From Takakia lepidozioides (lineage: Eukaryota > Plantae > Bryophyta): DNA of 64,000 nucleotides. Positions 11,951-24,315 of the stretch are shown here, piece by piece. The position numbers and the translations under genes are program-made. The DNA lies in assembly GCA_030704615.1 (NCBI GenBank), contig CM060731.1:16678001-16742000 (forward strand), given 5' to 3'. The notes below the pieces were generated by a model. It searched no databases and was not told the origin of the DNA. It saw nothing but the letters and a program-made list of their open reading frames with translations. Each line of letters begins with the position of its first letter. Positions within the stretch are counted from its first letter, which is position 1.

Positions 11951-14140
11951 AAGGAAGAGGTACCCGTGGCGCTACGGGTACCACGTGGTACCCATGGGGC
12001 TCATGGGTACCAACGGGTACCTAGGCTAGAATGAGAGTTTTTAAACATTTTCATTCATTAAATTGAGTTTTATATACTTTATCTAGTTACTAATAACACT
12101 CTTTTTCATAAAGTCCTTTACAATATGGAAGCCAAAGTACTCCATGAATTGTCTACATTAAATACAATTATTTATTATAGATGAACGGTGGGCCAAGGTT
12201 AAATTTGTAAAAAGATGTATTTTTATTATTATAGTCAATTTGGGATCACGTTATGGATGACACAGGGCAGCACATATCATCCATAACATCTTTCCCTCTC
12301 CCATTTGAAATGACAGTATCTCACCAAGAAACGTTCAACATGATATAGTGCAAGTGAATCCACTTTTTGGTTATGTTTTATGATTTTTATTTTTATTTTA
12401 AATCTTATGTACTTTTATGTAGGCCACATCTTCAACTATTTGGTCCACTCTTCATTGCACCTACCCTAGAAAAGTTGATATTTGTGCCAGCTGCATGTCT
12501 TCTTGAAGTAGGATACGAATCACCATTTTTTGTTTTTTGTTTTGTTTTTTCTGGAAAATAGCAGGAAATAGCCGTATATTCTATTCATTCATTGAAATTT
12601 GGATGGGGTCATCCTCATACATACTTTCATCCATTGATATCATCCACATTGCACAAATTCATCCATTTCTTGTTTTTTATTTGGAGAAGTTTGGCGATTA
12701 ATCCTTGAAATAACAGCATTTGCGACAAAATAGTTTATTTACGTATTCTTTGTTTTGTTGTGGATCTTCAAACGCACGAATTTTGGTGAAGCTGAGCAGA
12801 CATTTGCCATAAAAACTCGGCCTCCTAAGACTAAGTTGACCCTCCGAAGAATCTCATAAACACCAAGAAAAATATCAAAATACATGATCAAGAGCCCACT
12901 TTTGCAAGATGGACAAGTTGTCTTCTATTCCAAAGCGTTGTCCCTTCAGCTCGCCGTATTCTCATCAAGCCGCAACCAAACATAGTCGCTGCACCACTAT
13001 CCACCAACTCTCAAAATCTACAAAACCCTAGTTATGTTGCGGTGAGTGACAACAGACTCTTCTATGCATGAGAAGAAAACGAGGAGGAGTTCATGCCAAT
13101 TAGGTTGAAATTCTTCATTGGGGCGGAGCTCCGCCCTCCCGCCACCAGTTTCTGCTTAATATTTAGCCATGACTAATTCTATAGGGTTTCACCAACTTTC
13201 CTCTTTTACCACTATTATTACCTCTCTCTTTAGCGGTTCCTCTAAGTTACCCTCAGCTACGAATCTAGCTCCATCTCCCGCCATAGCTCGTTCTGTGGCT
13301 TCTCGCACTGCCAAGCAGTCCCCCATGGCCGGCCAACAACTCTACTTCCCCCCTCCCCGCCTGTAAGATTCGCCTCTTCTCCACGCTTCTTTCAAGCTAT
13401 CTTTCGCTCGCTTTCTTATCGTTTCATGGGCAAACATGTTCTACGACTGCCCTCTGCCTCCCTTCTCGTCGCTCCAAACGCATCAGGTCTCAAGTATGCT
13501 ACCCCGCCTGCCTGCTCAGAGATCACATCACCGACAGCTCCGCGTGCTACCTTATGGTTTATACGCTTCTTCGAACTGTGGGTACTATCTCGCTCCTCAC
13601 TTTGGCATACTCAAGCTCCCCCGTGTGGCGGTGGAAGCTCTACCACCCACCCCTTCTCTATCAAAAATGGAGCTACGACTTGACCCGTATGCCTATAGCG
13701 ACGCACCACCCATTACGGGTTGCTCTGCCTACTTCGATATATGCAGTCAACACTGTAATGCGCTTCCCCAAACAGCGCACCCTGCTCCCAACCGGTGCTT
13801 CATTCGGAGCACAGCCTCTCAGTTATATGTCTACGATGGTGGCAAGCTGGGCGGGTGGCTGCCATCCCCCCCCCCCCCCCCCCCCTCTCTTAATCAAGCT
13901 GAGCAGTCTTGTATCATAATGATGCACAGTACTCAAACAATGGAGCATCTGGTCTGGTGGATCCCATCTCTAATAGAAGGCCCTGCGGGGCGGTGGCTTT
14001 CTATCTCTTGGCATGGCTACAAGTAGTACCATCTAGATTCCAGGGTACAGGTTGTGATGGTGGGCCCAACGCCAACCTCCATCAACTCAACGCCTACACA
14101 TTTCCAGGGAGCATACTCACCCTCCACTCAAAATCTATAT

Positions 14141-14990
14141 CATTTCTCCTCCCTCCATACTCGACCCCATATTCCACTCTTTATTCTTTCTTTGATTTTT
14201 GCTCAACAGTCATCCCCATCATGTTACTACCAAGTCTTCTACAGTACTGTATTGCTCAATCCACCCTGCCTGACTCACCCTCAATGTACTCTCCCCCCCC
14301 AGATCATGTATTCACAACCTTCAGATATGCGTCAGCCACCACCTTCGGTCCCTCTTTGTTCCATACCCCACTGCATCCCAAACACAAAATCCCCCACTAC
14401 TCATTCTACACCCCAAAGTTTCACAGTGAACCATCTCTGCCAGCCTATTTTTTCACTAACTATAGACACTACTCATGTACTGGCTCCCTGCTTCATATCC
14501 AACCTCTTGGCCCCCCAACTCAGCTTCATGCCCACTGTTTGCCAACCCTATCAATAACAACCAATATAATTTCTCCTCCCTCCATACTCGACCCCATATT
14601 CTATTCTTTCTTCTTTCTCCAATTTTTGCTCAACAGCCATCCCACATCATGTTGTTGCCATGTCTTACACAATGCTGTATTGCTCAATCCAACCTGCCTG
14701 GCTCACCCTCAATGTACTCTCCCCCCCAAATCATGTATTCACAACCTCCAGATATGCGTCAGCCACCACCTTCGGCCCCTCTCTATTCCACAACCCACTA
14801 CATTTCAGGCACAAAATCCCTCGCTACTCATTCTACACCCCAAAGTTTCACAGTGAACCACCCCTACCAGCCTATTTCTTCACTAACTACACTACTTATG
14901 TATTAGCTTCCTTCTTCATATCCAGCCTCTTGGCCCCCAAACTCAGCGTCATGCCCACTGTTTGCCAGCCCTACCAATTACAACCAGGCC
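14141..14990. repeat. Tandem duplication, two ~425-bp units
   Basis: TTCTCCTCCCTCCATACTCGACCCCATATTC at ~14143 and ~14571. Downstream blocks (CAGATATGCGTCAGCCACCACC, ATGCCCACTGTTTGCCA) repeat in the same order. Confidence 0.9.
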
Positions 14991-15410
14991 CCCAATAAAT
15001 TTACTCCCATGGAATTCTCAACCACTGCGTGAAGTTCACTCCTCCCTCACTGTCATGTTGCATTATCCTGCTCAATTGTACAACCTGTGTTACATTGCCA
15101 TCATTTTCTGCCGTATGTACTAATTTCCATCTCTCTTTTACAGGCTCTATGACAAATCTCCAATCAATGCTACACATATGTTCCACATATACGTACCCTA
15201 TGTTTACAGCCAATACTCCACATTGCTACCCAGTTGGCATTGGGCTCAAGGGAAGTCTTCCCTGCCCATCTGACCCAACCGTACACATTACCACTTCTAT
15301 TGTTCAAGTCCAATGTAACTTCTTGCTGAACTCTGCTATACCCAACGCTCTTATCCAGGCGGCCCCAGGTGTTCAAGCTAGTCTCCGCTGCCCAGTTGCC
15401 CCAACCGTAT

Positions 15411-16861
15411 AAGACGCCAAACTCACTAAACAAGACATTTACCTCTTGTACATCGACTTTAAAAATGCCTTTGGATCTCTAGACCATGCTCGTCTCCTCG
15501 CTATTATGACGGACGTAGGATACCCAACTGATGCCATTCAACTCATTGGCAACATTTATACTGGCAGCTCCACATTAAGCCCATATCTTTTTATCATCTT
15601 TTTAGAACCCTTTTAAAGATGGATTGAGCGTGGCAAACTAGGCTACCGCTACAAAACTTCTGATAACGAAATCTCTGTTGCAGCATATGCCGATGATCTT
15701 GCCAGATCCTTCCCCACAAACCTCAGCATCTCAATCTACAAGTGGACAAATTATCTCGATTCAATCAATGTTCTGGCATGGAGCTAAGCCTGCACAAATG
15801 CGTTGTTACCGCAGCCACCAATTATAGCCAATTCACTAAGTCTACGACTGCCTCACACTGCAAGTTGCAAATCCACTATCAAAATAAAAACTCCCCCTTC
15901 CTAGGCCCTGACGAACTCTACACCTACCTAGGTATACAACTTGTTCCCTCACTTACATGGCACCTACAAAAAACCATTACGATTTCTAAACTGACCGTCA
16001 GAAGCATAGCCCTCGTCAAATCTCTAATCCCCTCCGCCCCAAACTTTCCCTTATTCAATCGGTACTCAAACCACAAGTCCAATACTCTTTTCACGTGACA
16101 CCCTTCTCCCTCCGAGATATTAAATTAATCGATAAACATTTTATCCAACTCACTAAACTTATCTGCGGTCCACCCATCAGCACCCCTAACGCTCTTACCC
16201 AACTCCCAACAGATAACTACGGCATTGGTACCATCCCACTAATTATCTCCTACGCCCGCACCCTCGGCACACAACTTCAAGAAGCACTCAATGACCCCGG
16301 ACGACTGGGACTTATCTATAGGGGTCTCCTTCAATTCCTAGCTATTAAGTACAATGGCCTTTACTCCCTACTAACCCTTCATTCCCAATCTTGCCGCCAC
16401 TCGCCCACTGCTAGAACTTTATGCCAAATGAACATCAACATACAAACCGATCTCCCGGGCTACCTTAACACCACCTCACCCCTTGAACAAGCATGGCTTA
16501 ATAGTCCATCTCTCTCCAATTTTGAGGAACTCCACCCCCGCCAAAAAACGCCCATACTTGCCTACTTTAAAATCAGGCACATTGCAACAGTCGCCCAACT
16601 CACCACAGCCTCTGGCTATAGGCTACTCTCTCCCCGTGAGTTCACTCTCAAATACTCCAGAGCCACCGTCAAAACGTGTCATTACATGTCCCTGCTTCGA
16701 ACCCTCTTCTGCCACAAGATTTCCTCGTGTACTCTTGAGTGCGACCTACCATGCGAACTTTTTCCCCATAACAAACAAGACCTTCTTAGAACAAACCCAG
16801 CCCCCTCTATTCTCATTATGATGGCAGCACATAAAGCTCACCCTGACCCTCTAGTAAATGC

Positions 16862-16893
<32 letters not shown>

Positions 16894-17980
16894 GCCGCGG
16901 GTACCGGACACCTTGCCACATGCTATCCCCTCCCAAATGACCGGCTCTAACTCGACCATACCTACCTCACATGGCTCAACCACCCCCCACACTCCTATCT
17001 ATCCCCCCACTACCCTGCTGTCCCCAGCCAGCCCGCCCTCACCCCCGAACCCACAATATATTAACCCAGACAACCCGGAAGCCTTCATTATCGAAGCTAT
17101 TTTAGGAACCAGAACTCAAATCACCATCGATGAATTTGGCGCCACATGCCTAAAATTTCTACCTATGCAAATGGGCTGGGTATGCAGTGGAAGACAACAT
17201 CTGGCAAGCAAAGGACGACCTATTTGGGTCCCATGATGACACTGGGTCAACCCAGCCCACAACCTTGACCTCCTTACCGCATTTCATAAGTCCACTAACA
17301 CCAACTACCTAGCCCATATCCACCAACAATACACTTCTCAAACCCAATCAATAGACGCCCGATACGTCCATAACCCCCTCGCTGCCCCTGAGGTACATGT
17401 CTGCATCACATAATGTAATCCTAACAAAGACATTATACACACCTCCCCCTAATACGCCCCGGAAAATGTATGTCCAAGCCTCTCATGGTCGCTACATTGG
17501 ACTCATTCCAAATGACAGACTCACCTGGTTATGGCACAGATTCTCAACCTCAAACCCACCACCTAGCCAGCTCACACCCGCTAGGCAAGACTTCGCTACA
17601 GAAGTCTGTTGGCTCGTGGACCGCTACTTGGTTGATACCCACCCCAGAAAACCTCGCTCCCTCCTCAAGCTAACACAAGCCCAGTCTCATACTACCCTCC
17701 CACCGGACATCCTAGCATTTCTTATAGACTCTTTTCGAATCACGCACTCTTATTACTCAAACCCACTTACATGCCCTATGATGCTCTTGTCATACTCAAG
17801 CCCACACCCCCGAGACTGCATATTTGGAGCCTTAGGCTCCGCCTCTCAACATACCTAGACTGACCGCGGCTTTGCACACCCACCCCAAGGGTCTCCCACG
17901 CAAGTCGCGTTACAACGGGCTCGCCACGCGGCCCATTCCTCCCCCTCTGCCGCCACCATCCTTCTTCTAACACACCAACA
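15411..17980 (+). mobile_element. Degenerate non-LTR retrotransposon (Dualen/RandI-like): RT, chromodomain and adenine-MTase-like domain
   Basis: RT motifs YIDFKNAFGS, LSPYLFIIFLEP, AYADDL, LSLHKC, YTYLG. Downstream domains are described under findings. The C/T-rich region ~13100-15410 may be its 5' part, but this is unconfirmed. Confidence 0.8.
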
Positions 17981-18769
17981 AATGCATGTTTGTTCCTACT
18001 GCACAGTCGTAACGGATAAATTCGCATTTCTAATGGCGGATAGAAGTTGCATCAATGACTCCGCAGTCGGCGCAATATTCGCGGCGATTTAATTCAATTA
18101 CGTAAATTGTTTAAAAAAAAAAAAAAAAAAAAAACAACAATTACAAGTGGTTTTAAGCACTAGAGAACGACTCTTAACAACTAGGCATTCATTGCACACT
18201 ATTCAAAAATGGAATTTGTATAAGTGCTCCACATGGCTCATGACGTAGAATATTTTAACGTATTTTAGGGCTTGTGTGGCTCGTAGAGATTGTTCTAATC
18301 GTCGGATGTAAAATGATCTAAGCGTGGAAGAGTAAGTTTGTCCTTTGCCTGAATTTGTCTAAGTGTTGGGAGAGGGATGGAGGCTTGAGAGAGAGACGAG
18401 CAAGTGATGCGAGAAGGACGAAGACCAAATCGAGGCCCATGTCCTGTTGTTGCAAGCGTTTATGGCGTCAAGGGCGCATTCTGTGCAAATGTGGGCTCTT
18501 GGCTCCCCTTTGTACCATGATTTGGTATTCTTCTTGATGATCACAAGGTTCTTGGGGGAATCAGCTTGGTCTTAGCAGCCCATATTTTAATCTCTGCCCG
18601 CTCAGCTGCATCGTGGTGGTTCTTACGAACCAATCCTACATTACCTGACTACAGATACAAGCAACACGCACAAGAGGTCTTCTTGGGTTCATGGTCAGTC
18701 TAATCCGCAATTGGTCATGACACAAGGTAGAGGACAATGTGGTGAGGGCACCTTCTTCTTTGAGCTATT

Positions 18770-21700
18770 TCAGCCTATTTTGCCGAGATGTAGTGTCGTG
18801 GAGTGCGATGCTTGCAGGGACGTGGGATGGAGGCTTTGGAGACCTATGAAGTTGCGAAGGGAGAGTTTAATAACATGGCTGAACGAGATGTTGTCTCAAG
18901 GAACACGCTGAATCTCGCAAGATATGGCCAGCATGTGTGCGGGATAAGGGCATTGGAGAGATATGAGCAAATGTTGCGAGAAGGGGTACAGCCTGACCGG
19001 GACACGTTCATTTGTGTTTGCAATGCATGTGCAAACCTGGCAGCCCTGGAGACTTGGTAAAGGGCAAAGAGGTCCATCGTGACATCGTCAAAGCTGGAAC
19101 TGTACTAGATGTAACAATACCTCGTCGACATGTATGCCAAACGTGGGAGCATTCCCTTGTGGACAAGGAGTGTTCAACAATATGGCTGAGCGAAATGTGG
19201 TGTGGTGGAACGTGATGATCGCAGGACATGCACAACATGGGCGGGGATTGCGGGTTTTGGAGACCTATGAGCAAATGATGTGGGTCTAGGGGGTGAAGCC
19301 CGAGCACATTACGTTTGTTTGTGTTTGTAGTGCATGTGCGAGCCTGTTGGAGAAGGGCAAAGAGGTCCATGGTTGCATCGTCAAAGCTGGAATTGTGGTA
19401 GATGCCATTCTGAACATGAATACCCTTCTGGATAGGGAGTGTTCAACAATATGGCTGAGCGAAATGTGGTGTCGTGGAAAGTGATGATCGCAGGACATGC
19501 ACAACAGGGGCGGGGATTGCAGGTTTTGGAGACCTATGAGCAATTGATGTGGGAGGGGGTGAAGTCCGACCACATTACGTTCAGAGAGTTCAAATGCCTC
19601 TCCACCAGGACCTTGCTTAGCTAACCATGCCTTGCTGATGTTGTTGTCTTGCACTTGAGCTGTTTTTGGACACTGGCTCGAACATCCACAAGGCGGCTCT
19701 ACTCGAAAGAGAAATCAGCTTGAATGCAGGGGCAGATTTTGAGATCACAATCACCACTCAGAACGCTGTTCTTTGCACCGGCATGGCATGTCAGCATGCA
19801 TATCAGCCCAAAATCATTACTCCGTGAGCCTTCCACTGCCGGAATGTGCCCATTCAAGCCAGATCTTCGAAACGCATGGATGGAACGGGGTTTTGAAACC
19901 AGCATTGCCCAACTGGATACCCAATTCAGCTCCGCATCTTGGTCCATTAATCTGCTACACATTGTGAAGTTTTCTGCCCGTTCACCGCAAGTTGAAGAAG
20001 GAGTATTCTTAAAACACGGGTACTCATAATCTGAAAATGGCTCCAGCTTATGTTGCTTGAGTGCGAATATGAGTGTGGTTGGCTTGGCAGCTTTACATCT
20101 GGTCCATCCCACTCGATATGATGAGCAGGTTTAGCTTGACTTCTCTCACACAAAAGACGCTACCAAGATGGGGTTTGCTGCCCTAGATGACTTCCCGTCG
20201 TTGTTCTGGGCTGCAACATACAATTAATCTGGCCCATGGCGAGGGGCCTTGCCTTCCACCAATCATCTGTAAGTCCTGTGAAACTGTTTTTGTGGCAGTT
20301 TGTAAGCAGTGGGCAGCGATGGTGGGCTGTTGTAGGATTTGATGAACTCAATGTCGTGTACTGACAGCAACCCCTCATCTCTTATGCAAGCATTCAACAA
20401 GCCAAGTTGACTGCATATTCAGCCGGCCCCCATGTTTCTAGTTTCCTAATGTTCTTCATCTCCTGGGCAGAGCATTTTCCAGGGTCTCCATCTATGATGA
20501 CACACTATCTTCTCATGTGGTTCAGCTTCTGGTCTTGCTCTTGTTTGCACCACCCCAATGAAGGGCAGTTCCCACCTGCTTGATTCTCTCCATATGGTTG
20601 TCTTGGCAGGGTTTCCACAACCGCCTTTCCTTTTCAACTCAGTCATCAGCCTCGTTCTCCAATGCTTCACTTTCTTCCCAAGTGAAGTGCTCTCCTCTTT
20701 TATGCTTCAACGTCCCTGCAGGTGTCTTTTCCTTCATCTCCCGTGGTGCTTTCGAATGAATGAGCACTGATTTGCATCTGTTGGCAACACTTACGGTGTC
20801 CCTTTCCTTGCATGCCACTACAGGCCCGTCATTGACTTTCTTGGCAGGGAAGTCTCCTCCTTCTCCCTTATTTTCTAGCTCTGTTGGTGCCCCACTCACC
20901 ATGCTATCAGGGCTGCATTTATTTCGTGGTGTTGCGCCAGCCAAGGGCGATCTTTCACTGGTCCGATTGTTGGCAGCAATTGATTGAAGTCTTCTTGGCA
21001 GAGTCTCCCACGAGCTCCCATCAGTTTCAGGCATCAGGTTTTCTACTCTGTCCTTCCACTTTTCATAAGCGAGGTGCCTGTCTTCCTCCCTCTCACTCTT
21101 CAGCCTCTCAGGCAGATTTTTCTTCATGTGATTGCTGCTCCCATACTTCCAGTCCTTATTTAATTTTCTCCAGCCATCACCCTCAGATTTGACAAGGTAT
21201 TGCTGCTCTTCCTTGTGTCTTTCCTCACTCCCAGCTGCTGCTTTTATCCCAGATTCACCTCTCATCCTTGCCTAGGGTTTTGCTTGTCAAACAGCCCTTG
21301 TATGGGGAACTTCAATGAAAGGCAACATCTCATTCTCAGCTCCTGTCTTTGTACCTCTTTGCCGCAGTCCAGCCTCGGGTGCCTCACTTTCTGATTGCTG
21401 GGTTGCATTCTTCGACCGCCAACCTTTGATAGGAAAGTGTGCTCCATCTTCCTCATCTTCTACTGGTTCCCTTGATGCTTCACCTCGTATGTCTTCCTCC
21501 TCATGTTTTAGCAGCAGCTCCCATGCCTGAATTGTTTTTTTTCCTCGTAGTTGATCTTGTGCTTTCCTTTTTCTCCGTAGCTTAATCAATTGTTTTGTCT
21601 TGGCAGCTCCCTTGCCATGAGTGCCTTGTCTCACTGCATCTCCCTTGGCTGCCCACCATCCGTGGAGTCTTTCTTGCACTATTATGACCCTCGTTGGCAT

Positions 21701-22425
21701 GCACTTTGCTGCGATGCCCCACATGTATTTGCTGCTCCATTTAATCATCAACATAGTGCTCCAGAGCCAGTTCCCCATTGTTGACTAGTTGACCTTCTCA
21801 GCCCTTGGACCCCATTTTCCCTTCTCCCATGTTGCCTCGTCTTTCTGCTTCATCATTTGCTTTACTTGCACGATGTTGCTTCTTCCCTACAACTCATCAT
21901 GTGTTGTGGCTCTTTCCCATGTTGCACTCACTCCCATCACACGTTGTGCAGTTGATAAGACTGAGATGAGTTGATGCAGGATAGGGGGAGGGCTTGCCGG
22001 TATATGTTGTCCGATAGGCCCCACGCACATAGTCAAAGCTGGAAGTCAGCCTTGCAAAGACCAAGTGAGAGAAGTCTGGTGGGGGTAGCATCTTGGGGGA
22101 TGGCAGTTAGGGCAATGTGTGTCTAGGGCAATATATGTCATAGCAGCAGGTGATGTGCTGCCAATTTTGAGAATAGAGACAGCCTGCAAGCTGTAGATTT
22201 GTTTCAGTGGTTTCTTCTGACACATATTGCTCCCGGTTTGCCACAACCAGTTTTGTTTGCTTTTGTAGTGCATGTGCGAGCCTGTTGGGGAAGGGCAAAG
22301 AGGTCCATGGCGCACAATTACGCACATGGTCCTTCCAAGTTATGCCATCCCAATTGTGGCAGATGTCATTATGAACAATACCCTTGTGGACAAGGAGTGT
22401 TCAACAATATGGCTGAGCGAAGGAT
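18770..22425 (+). pseudogene. PLS-class pentatricopeptide repeat (PPR) gene remnant, split by an insertion
   Basis: Repeated P-L-S type units: ERNVVSW.VMIAGHAQQGRGLQVLETYEQ, GVQPDRDTFICVCNACA, GKEVHGCIVKAG, LVDMYAK. Stops and frameshifts throughout. The motif breaks at 19581 and resumes at ~22252. Confidence 0.88.
19582..22251 (-). mobile_element. ~2.7-kb unclassified insertion within the PPR pseudogene
   Basis: It interrupts the CACATTACGTT|TGTTTG junction that is intact in the sister repeat at ~19305. It holds decayed K/E-rich minus-strand ORFs with no diagnostic motif. Confidence 0.55.
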
Positions 22426-22619
22426 AGAGTGTAATGACTGCTAATGAAGGCACCTTCTTCAATTTCACCTTGTTTTCCCCTCTTATCAGAATCGCCCCTA
22501 TTTATTCATGTCTGAATTCTACAAGTTAGCTGGTTGAGTGAAGCTTTGATAGTTTGGAGTGACTTTGACATGATTCTGCCAATGTGACAATAGGAAAGTA
22601 TCAGAAACAGGTAACACAG

Positions 22620-22970
22620 ACGAGGAGAAGTTGTGGAATGAATACTTTTCTGACCCCAGTCAATGGTGGGACAATCGAGGCAAGAAGGTGAATGTTTGTT
22701 GGATTATAGAGAGTAGCAGATGCAATTGAGCGTAGGAACTAGTGTGATAAGTTGAGTTGGGTGCTTCCTAGAACAAGTCTAGGCTGTCATCGTCAACTGC
22801 TAGCAACAAGGCAAGGTTGTATGCATGATTCGTGCGAGGCATGGAGAGCTGAAGGAGCAAGGATAGAGTGTGGGTGCAGATTCACCCAAGAGGGTCGGAC
22901 TTCAAGCTCCAGATTAACTATGAAGCTACAAGAAACCTGCATGGGTAGATGGTCAACTGGCAGCAACGGC
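22620..22970 (+). pseudogene. OSB-family (organellar ssDNA-binding) PDF-motif remnant with one intron
   Basis: EKLWNEYFSDPSQWWDNRGKK | GT 22688...AG 22879 | IHPRGSDFK...KPAWVDGQL matches the W...P..WWDNR..K.NP..PDFK...P.WV pattern. Confidence 0.7.
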
Positions 22971-23030
22971 ACAATTGATAAAATCAGACATTGTTAATGA
23001 AGGCATCTCTTTTCTCATGCACAAAGAGAT

Positions 23031-24315
23031 GACTCCGGCCGAGGCCGGCATAACTAAGAGCCACATCGCCTTGCGGCTACTGCCCCCTTTCGGGGGTGGG
23101 CCACCCCGTAACCCAGGGGATAGGTGTTCGGGGAGGTACCCCAGGGGGGACCCCTAAGGAATACGAAGTATCAAGAGGCCTACGAGATATGGGATTCAAG
23201 CTTCCTTTTGTTGGTGAAAATAGCAGTGAGAGAGCGCAGTGCAGTCATGTGGATAGCTTTGAAGCATTTGTGTATAGGGGAGAGATAGGAATTTTGAAAT
23301 TATTGTGAAGAGCGGAAATACTAGCATTGTGGATGCCGCCTCTGGTACCGGCAGTAATGACTGCTATGGGACCTGTGGACCAGCTATAGCAGCGAATGGC
23401 TAGAATGAGTGAACTGTATTTTTGACATTTTTCCAAGGTGGAGGAGCCGGGGTAGCGAATTACAATATGTGAATTCAATAAAGTGTATGGTAAGGTTTGG
23501 GGATGGGGAGCTGGGCGGTGGTGCGTTTATGGGCAACCCGTGGATTAGGAGTATCTCTAGACAAAGTCTGGCATGACAAGTGCAGGGTGAATGTGGCCGG
23601 CATGAACATGGCAGAAGCCATGAGGGTACTGTGTGGTCAGAGGGCCTACCCTGGTAGGTCCCCGCATTGATGAGTGAAAACCAGCGTGTTTCAAAGCGGC
23701 ATAGGAGTAGCTTATGGATGTTCCAGACAACATGGTTATGTCGAGTGATACGAAGGCCATGGATGATGTGATGTGTGCATTGGTTGAGTAGGTGGGACCA
23801 AGTATCGTAAGCCGAGTGGGTGCTAGCACAAAGTGGACAGTTTGGGGAGGGAAAGAGTCGGGGCCAGAAGATGTGTTTACGCTAGTGACCCATGTATTGT
23901 GCGTATATGAATTTGAGGGTCTGTCTTATTTGTCATCCGTGGCGAGATTAGTGTGCCAGAAGTGATTAGACAATCGACGTGTAATTTAGTGTGACTAGCG
24001 GAGGTCGAGGCTTGCTTGCTAGCTTCTCGAGTAAGGGTGGTTGTGAGGTTGTGGATAGGGCGGGGCTCCGTGGGGCCTGGAACGGGGTGGATGAACCAAA
24101 TTGGGTGGGTATGGGCAACATGGATGCATAGGGTCTACCTCGGGTCGAGTGGCCCCTTGTTGGGCGAAGAAGTCAGCCATTTTGTTGCCAGTGATGCCAG
24201 TGTGGGAGCGAACTATAATAAAGTGGATGGGCTGGTTTATGGAGTTAGCAAGATGAACGATGGCATCGATGAGGTTCCGATCGAGTGCACTAGAAGCATT
24301 CGTGTCATTTACCAC
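23031..24315 (-). mobile_element. 5'-truncated non-LTR element with RNase H, CCHC and restriction-like endonuclease tail
   Basis: RNase H C-terminus IHFIIVRSHTGITGNKMADFFA; CPLC...DTWSHLLNQC; K..KY...VITAGTRGGIH; shared 3' motif at 23031-23102. Confidence 0.85.

Noticed and set aside
11958-12022. Cluster of GGTACC-centred palindromes
   Set aside because: Too short, with no matching partner end or TSD in the window to call a MITE.
13909-14856. 315-aa ORF
   Set aside because: It runs through a C/T-rich tandem duplication with overlapping ORFs in all three frames and no recognisable domain; probably a compositional artefact.
20639-21265. 208-aa K/E-rich ORF as a host gene
   Set aside because: It lies inside an insertion that splits a PPR motif, is flanked by stops and has no diagnostic motif.
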